DNA of 64,000 nucleotides from Elusimicrobiota bacterium (GTDB lineage Bacteria; Elusimicrobiota; Elusimicrobia; Elusimicrobiales; UBA9959): NCBI GenBank assembly GCA_036574205.1, contig JAINCQ010000028.1, positions 32,001 to 96,000 of the forward strand, read 5' to 3'. Shown piece by piece: positions 61,525 to 64,000 of this stretch (position 1 is its first letter; each line of letters starts with the position of its first letter). The notes under the pieces were generated by a model. It saw only the letters and a program-made list of their open reading frames with translations, ran no database searches and was not told where the DNA came from. The position numbers and the translations under genes were made by a program.

Positions 61525-64000
61525 TTAAATAACAGGATGCATTAAGCCAATATCTAATAAATATTTTATATTAACTTTCCATTCCTTTGAAAAATCTATA
61601 GATACTATTTTTGTAGAATTGTCGTGAGAAATGGTTGTTAAATAATAATTGCCAATAGGTATAATATCCTTATTAGCTATTCTAACCTCTCTTTCTATTT
61701 TCACAAGCATACCTGAGCGAAAATAATATGCTTCTTTATATTTGTTTTCTAATAATCTTCTTTTTTCATATAAAGATTCAAAAGCATAGATTGGTTCTCT
61801 TTCCCATTTACCTTTTTCGTTTTTATATACAATATATCCAAAAGACTCTTTTTTTTGTTTTAAATACTGTCCTGGCATTTTACCTTTTATAAATTCGCCA
61901 AGATTTTTAATTTTTCCAGATAAAAAGTCTTTTATATCTTTTTCTTTTATCTCAGAGCTTGCCTTAAGTAATATTTTTTTGGGTTTTCCACCTGCAAAAT
62001 AATTATCTAAAAACTGTTTCCATTCTTCTTGAGTTGGATTTGTATTTAGTTTCTCACTGAAGTCTTTTCTTATCTTTGGACTGAATATCTTATCAACATA
62101 TTTTTTAGCTGTTGCTATGTCATAATAGCCTTCAATATTTTTTACATCACCAACAAAACGGGTAACAAAAACATATTTATCTGTTCCATTTATTTTTCTC
62201 AAACCATATATAGTCTCAGCAAGTTTAGGTTTTTCATACCTTATATATTCAGGAAAGCACTTTTCAATATTTTCTTTACAATAATCAGGGGTAAACCATA
62301 CCGGGAAAAAATCTTTTTTCTTATCATTCATACTTATTTCAGGCAGCATAGATAAAACAAGAGCGTCTAAAGCATGATGTCTTGGATTATCTCTGTTTTT
62401 TTCGTCTATTTTTCCAGATAAAACAAGCTCTTTGTATTCATCATCATTAATATTTGGATATAAAATTCTATCCAATTTATAAGCATTTCTCATTTTGGCT
62501 GTTAAAGCGCCATTTGCTACTATAACTTTTTTAGTTGAACCTTTTGTAGCCTGTTCCCATCCAAAAAATAAATGACATATCTTCTGAGAAAGCTTTGCTA
62601 TATAGGCTGTTTCAGCAAGATGAGTGTATTTATCCACCAGTTCTCTGGCATCTGAAGATATTAATAGATCTTTTTTCTTATCATTAATCTTTAATCCATC
62701 TATTCTCCTTAAATATTCATTCCATCTATCTGTCTTACTTAGCCATTCATAAGGTGTTCTTTTCCCTTTTTCCTCATTGTTTTTTCTTGATGTGAGAACT
62801 TTATTTATATAAGCATCAGGTCCACCATCTTCCCGTGGAACTATATGATCTATTTCATAATTATCTATCTCTGTCTCTTTAATACTTTTCCCATCATATA
62901 TATCAATTCCGTCCTGTTCTCTAAATAATTTAACCTTTAAAACAGATTTTTTCCCTTTTAAACCTAATTCTTTAGCCTGATTAAAAGCTAAGTCATTTTC
63001 TTTTCTGTTTTTATTTTGTTGAGAAATAATTTCTTTCCTTCTTTTCTCACTGTAAAATCCCTCTTTCGGGTCTCTTACAAATTCAATAATTATTTTTTCT
63101 GGCTCACCATATTTGTTTTTTAATTCTTTAATCTTGTTATAAAATAATATCAATCTGTGTTTAACCACTGGATTTGTAATTTTAGATATTATTTCATTAA
63201 TTTTCCCTTGTCTTTCTTCTTCATTTAATTTTGCTTCTTCTTCCCTTGTATCAGGTATATAAAAATTATAATCATCTGGTAGTTTTGAAAGAAAACTATA
63301 ATCTTCTTTAATTAGTCCTTTTTTAGGATCCGTATTAGTAAGGTTACTAATTTTTTCATTATAAAGCTCTGATGGTTTCTTGCCGGATAATATCAACTCT
63401 TTTATTAATCTTAAAGCTGGTCGGCAAAAACTTGATCTTCCACTTGTTTTAGGCGCATCTATTTTTTTCTGGGAAGGATTAGGAACTGCATTGAAATTTT
63501 CTTTTAGATATTTGGCCCATTGTTTTTCAGTAACTTTTAATTTATCTTTAAATTTTTCAAATATTTGTTGTATTTGTTTAGGGTCAAATCTTTTCTCTTC
63601 ACCAGTTAAAATGTCAAGATAACTCATGTTTTTTATTTTCATTAAAAAAGTCACTTCTTTATTCAATTCATCCTTGGCTTTGCATACATTAAGTCTTGGA
63701 ATTAAAACACATTTTGAAATAATTCTATTATCAAATCTCGGAGTTTTCTGTGAAAGAAGTCCCTGCCATTCCCAGTCTCTGCCTCTGTATTTCTTGTAAT
63801 CTTTTAAATTATAAGCCGCATATTTGCTTTTTGAAGGACCATAAAGAATATAGTCTAAGTTTTCTTTTAAATAAGGATATTGCTCTCCTGCTTTTATTAA
63901 CATATCTTTTATTTCTTTTTCAATAAGTTCTCTTGGAATCACCACTTCTACTTTGCCATCTTTATTTCTAACAGGAGCAGGATTTTCTGAAATTCTTTTA
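61525..64000 (-). CDS. cas9: Type II-C Cas9, N-terminus outside the window
   Basis: Frame open to base 64000; RuvC-II IIIEFVRD, HNH YEIDHIVP...NKVL....NEEKGKRTP, RuvC-III RHHALDA; no csn2 or cas4 after cas2. Confidence 0.95.
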   Translation of the reverse strand, partial: KRISENPAPVRNKDGKVEVVIPRELIEKEIKDMLIKAGEQYPYLKENLDYILYGPSKSKYAAYNLKDYKKYRGRDWEWQGLLSQKTPRFDNRIISKCVLIPRLNVCKAKDELNKEVTFLMKIKNMSYLDILTGEEKRFDPKQIQQIFEKFKDKLKVTEKQWAKYLKENFNAVPNPSQKKIDAPKTSGRSSFCRPALRLIKELILSGKKPSELYNEKISNLTNTDPKKGLIKEDYSFLSKLPDDYNFYIPDTREEEAKLNEEERQGKINEIISKITNPVVKHRLILFYNKIKELKNKYGEPEKIIIEFVRDPKEGFYSEKRRKEIISQQNKNRKENDLAFNQAKELGLKGKKSVLKVKLFREQDGIDIYDGKSIKETEIDNYEIDHIVPREDGGPDAYINKVLTSRKNNEEKGKRTPYEWLSKTDRWNEYLRRIDGLKINDKKKDLLISSDARELVDKYTHLAETAYIAKLSQKICHLFFGWEQATKGSTKKVIVANGALTAKMRNAYKLDRILYPNINDDEYKELVLSGKIDEKNRDNPRHHALDALVLSMLPEISMNDKKKDFFPVWFTPDYCKENIEKCFPEYIRYEKPKLAETIYGLRKINGTDKYVFVTRFVGDVKNIEGYYDIATAKKYVDKIFSPKIRKDFSEKLNTNPTQEEWKQFLDNYFAGGKPKKILLKASSEIKEKDIKDFLSGKIKNLGEFIKGKMPGQYLKQKKESFGYIVYKNEKGKWEREPIYAFESLYEKRRLLENKYKEAYYFRSGMLVKIEREVRIANKDIIPIGNYYLTTISHDNSTKIVSIDFSKEWKVNIKYLLDIGLMHPVI

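Overview
AT-rich bacterial chromosome segment from an apparently anaerobic organism; the gene style suggests Elusimicrobiota, but that is an unverified impression. Core and metabolic content: tmRNA, tRNA-Cys, tRNA-Ile2(CAT), pckA, hutH/hutU and a fused FTCD, acyl-CoA dehydrogenase-EtfB-ferredoxin/EtfA, signalling genes, mutS, nifU/nifS, ugd and a UDP-glucuronate decarboxylase. Accessory content: (i) a 10-gene overlapping operon joining a UbiU/UbiV-like U32 pair to the complete shikimate pathway ending at chorismate mutase, read as a dedicated prephenate supply for O2-independent hydroxylation; (ii) a type II-C CRISPR-Cas9 locus with 12 promoter-containing repeats, a same-strand downstream tracrRNA, and two overlapping spacers that expose a candidate PAM and a DnaA-box-like target; (iii) a decayed Cys-ladder toxin/immunity-like island bounded by 18-bp direct repeats; (iv) two decaying restriction-modification loci; (v) a dispersed 43-bp palindrome carrying a DnaA box, part of a larger composite intergenic repeat; (vi) an ATP-grasp/aminotransferase/oxidoreductase cluster. 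All calls are by eye from motifs; no searches were run.
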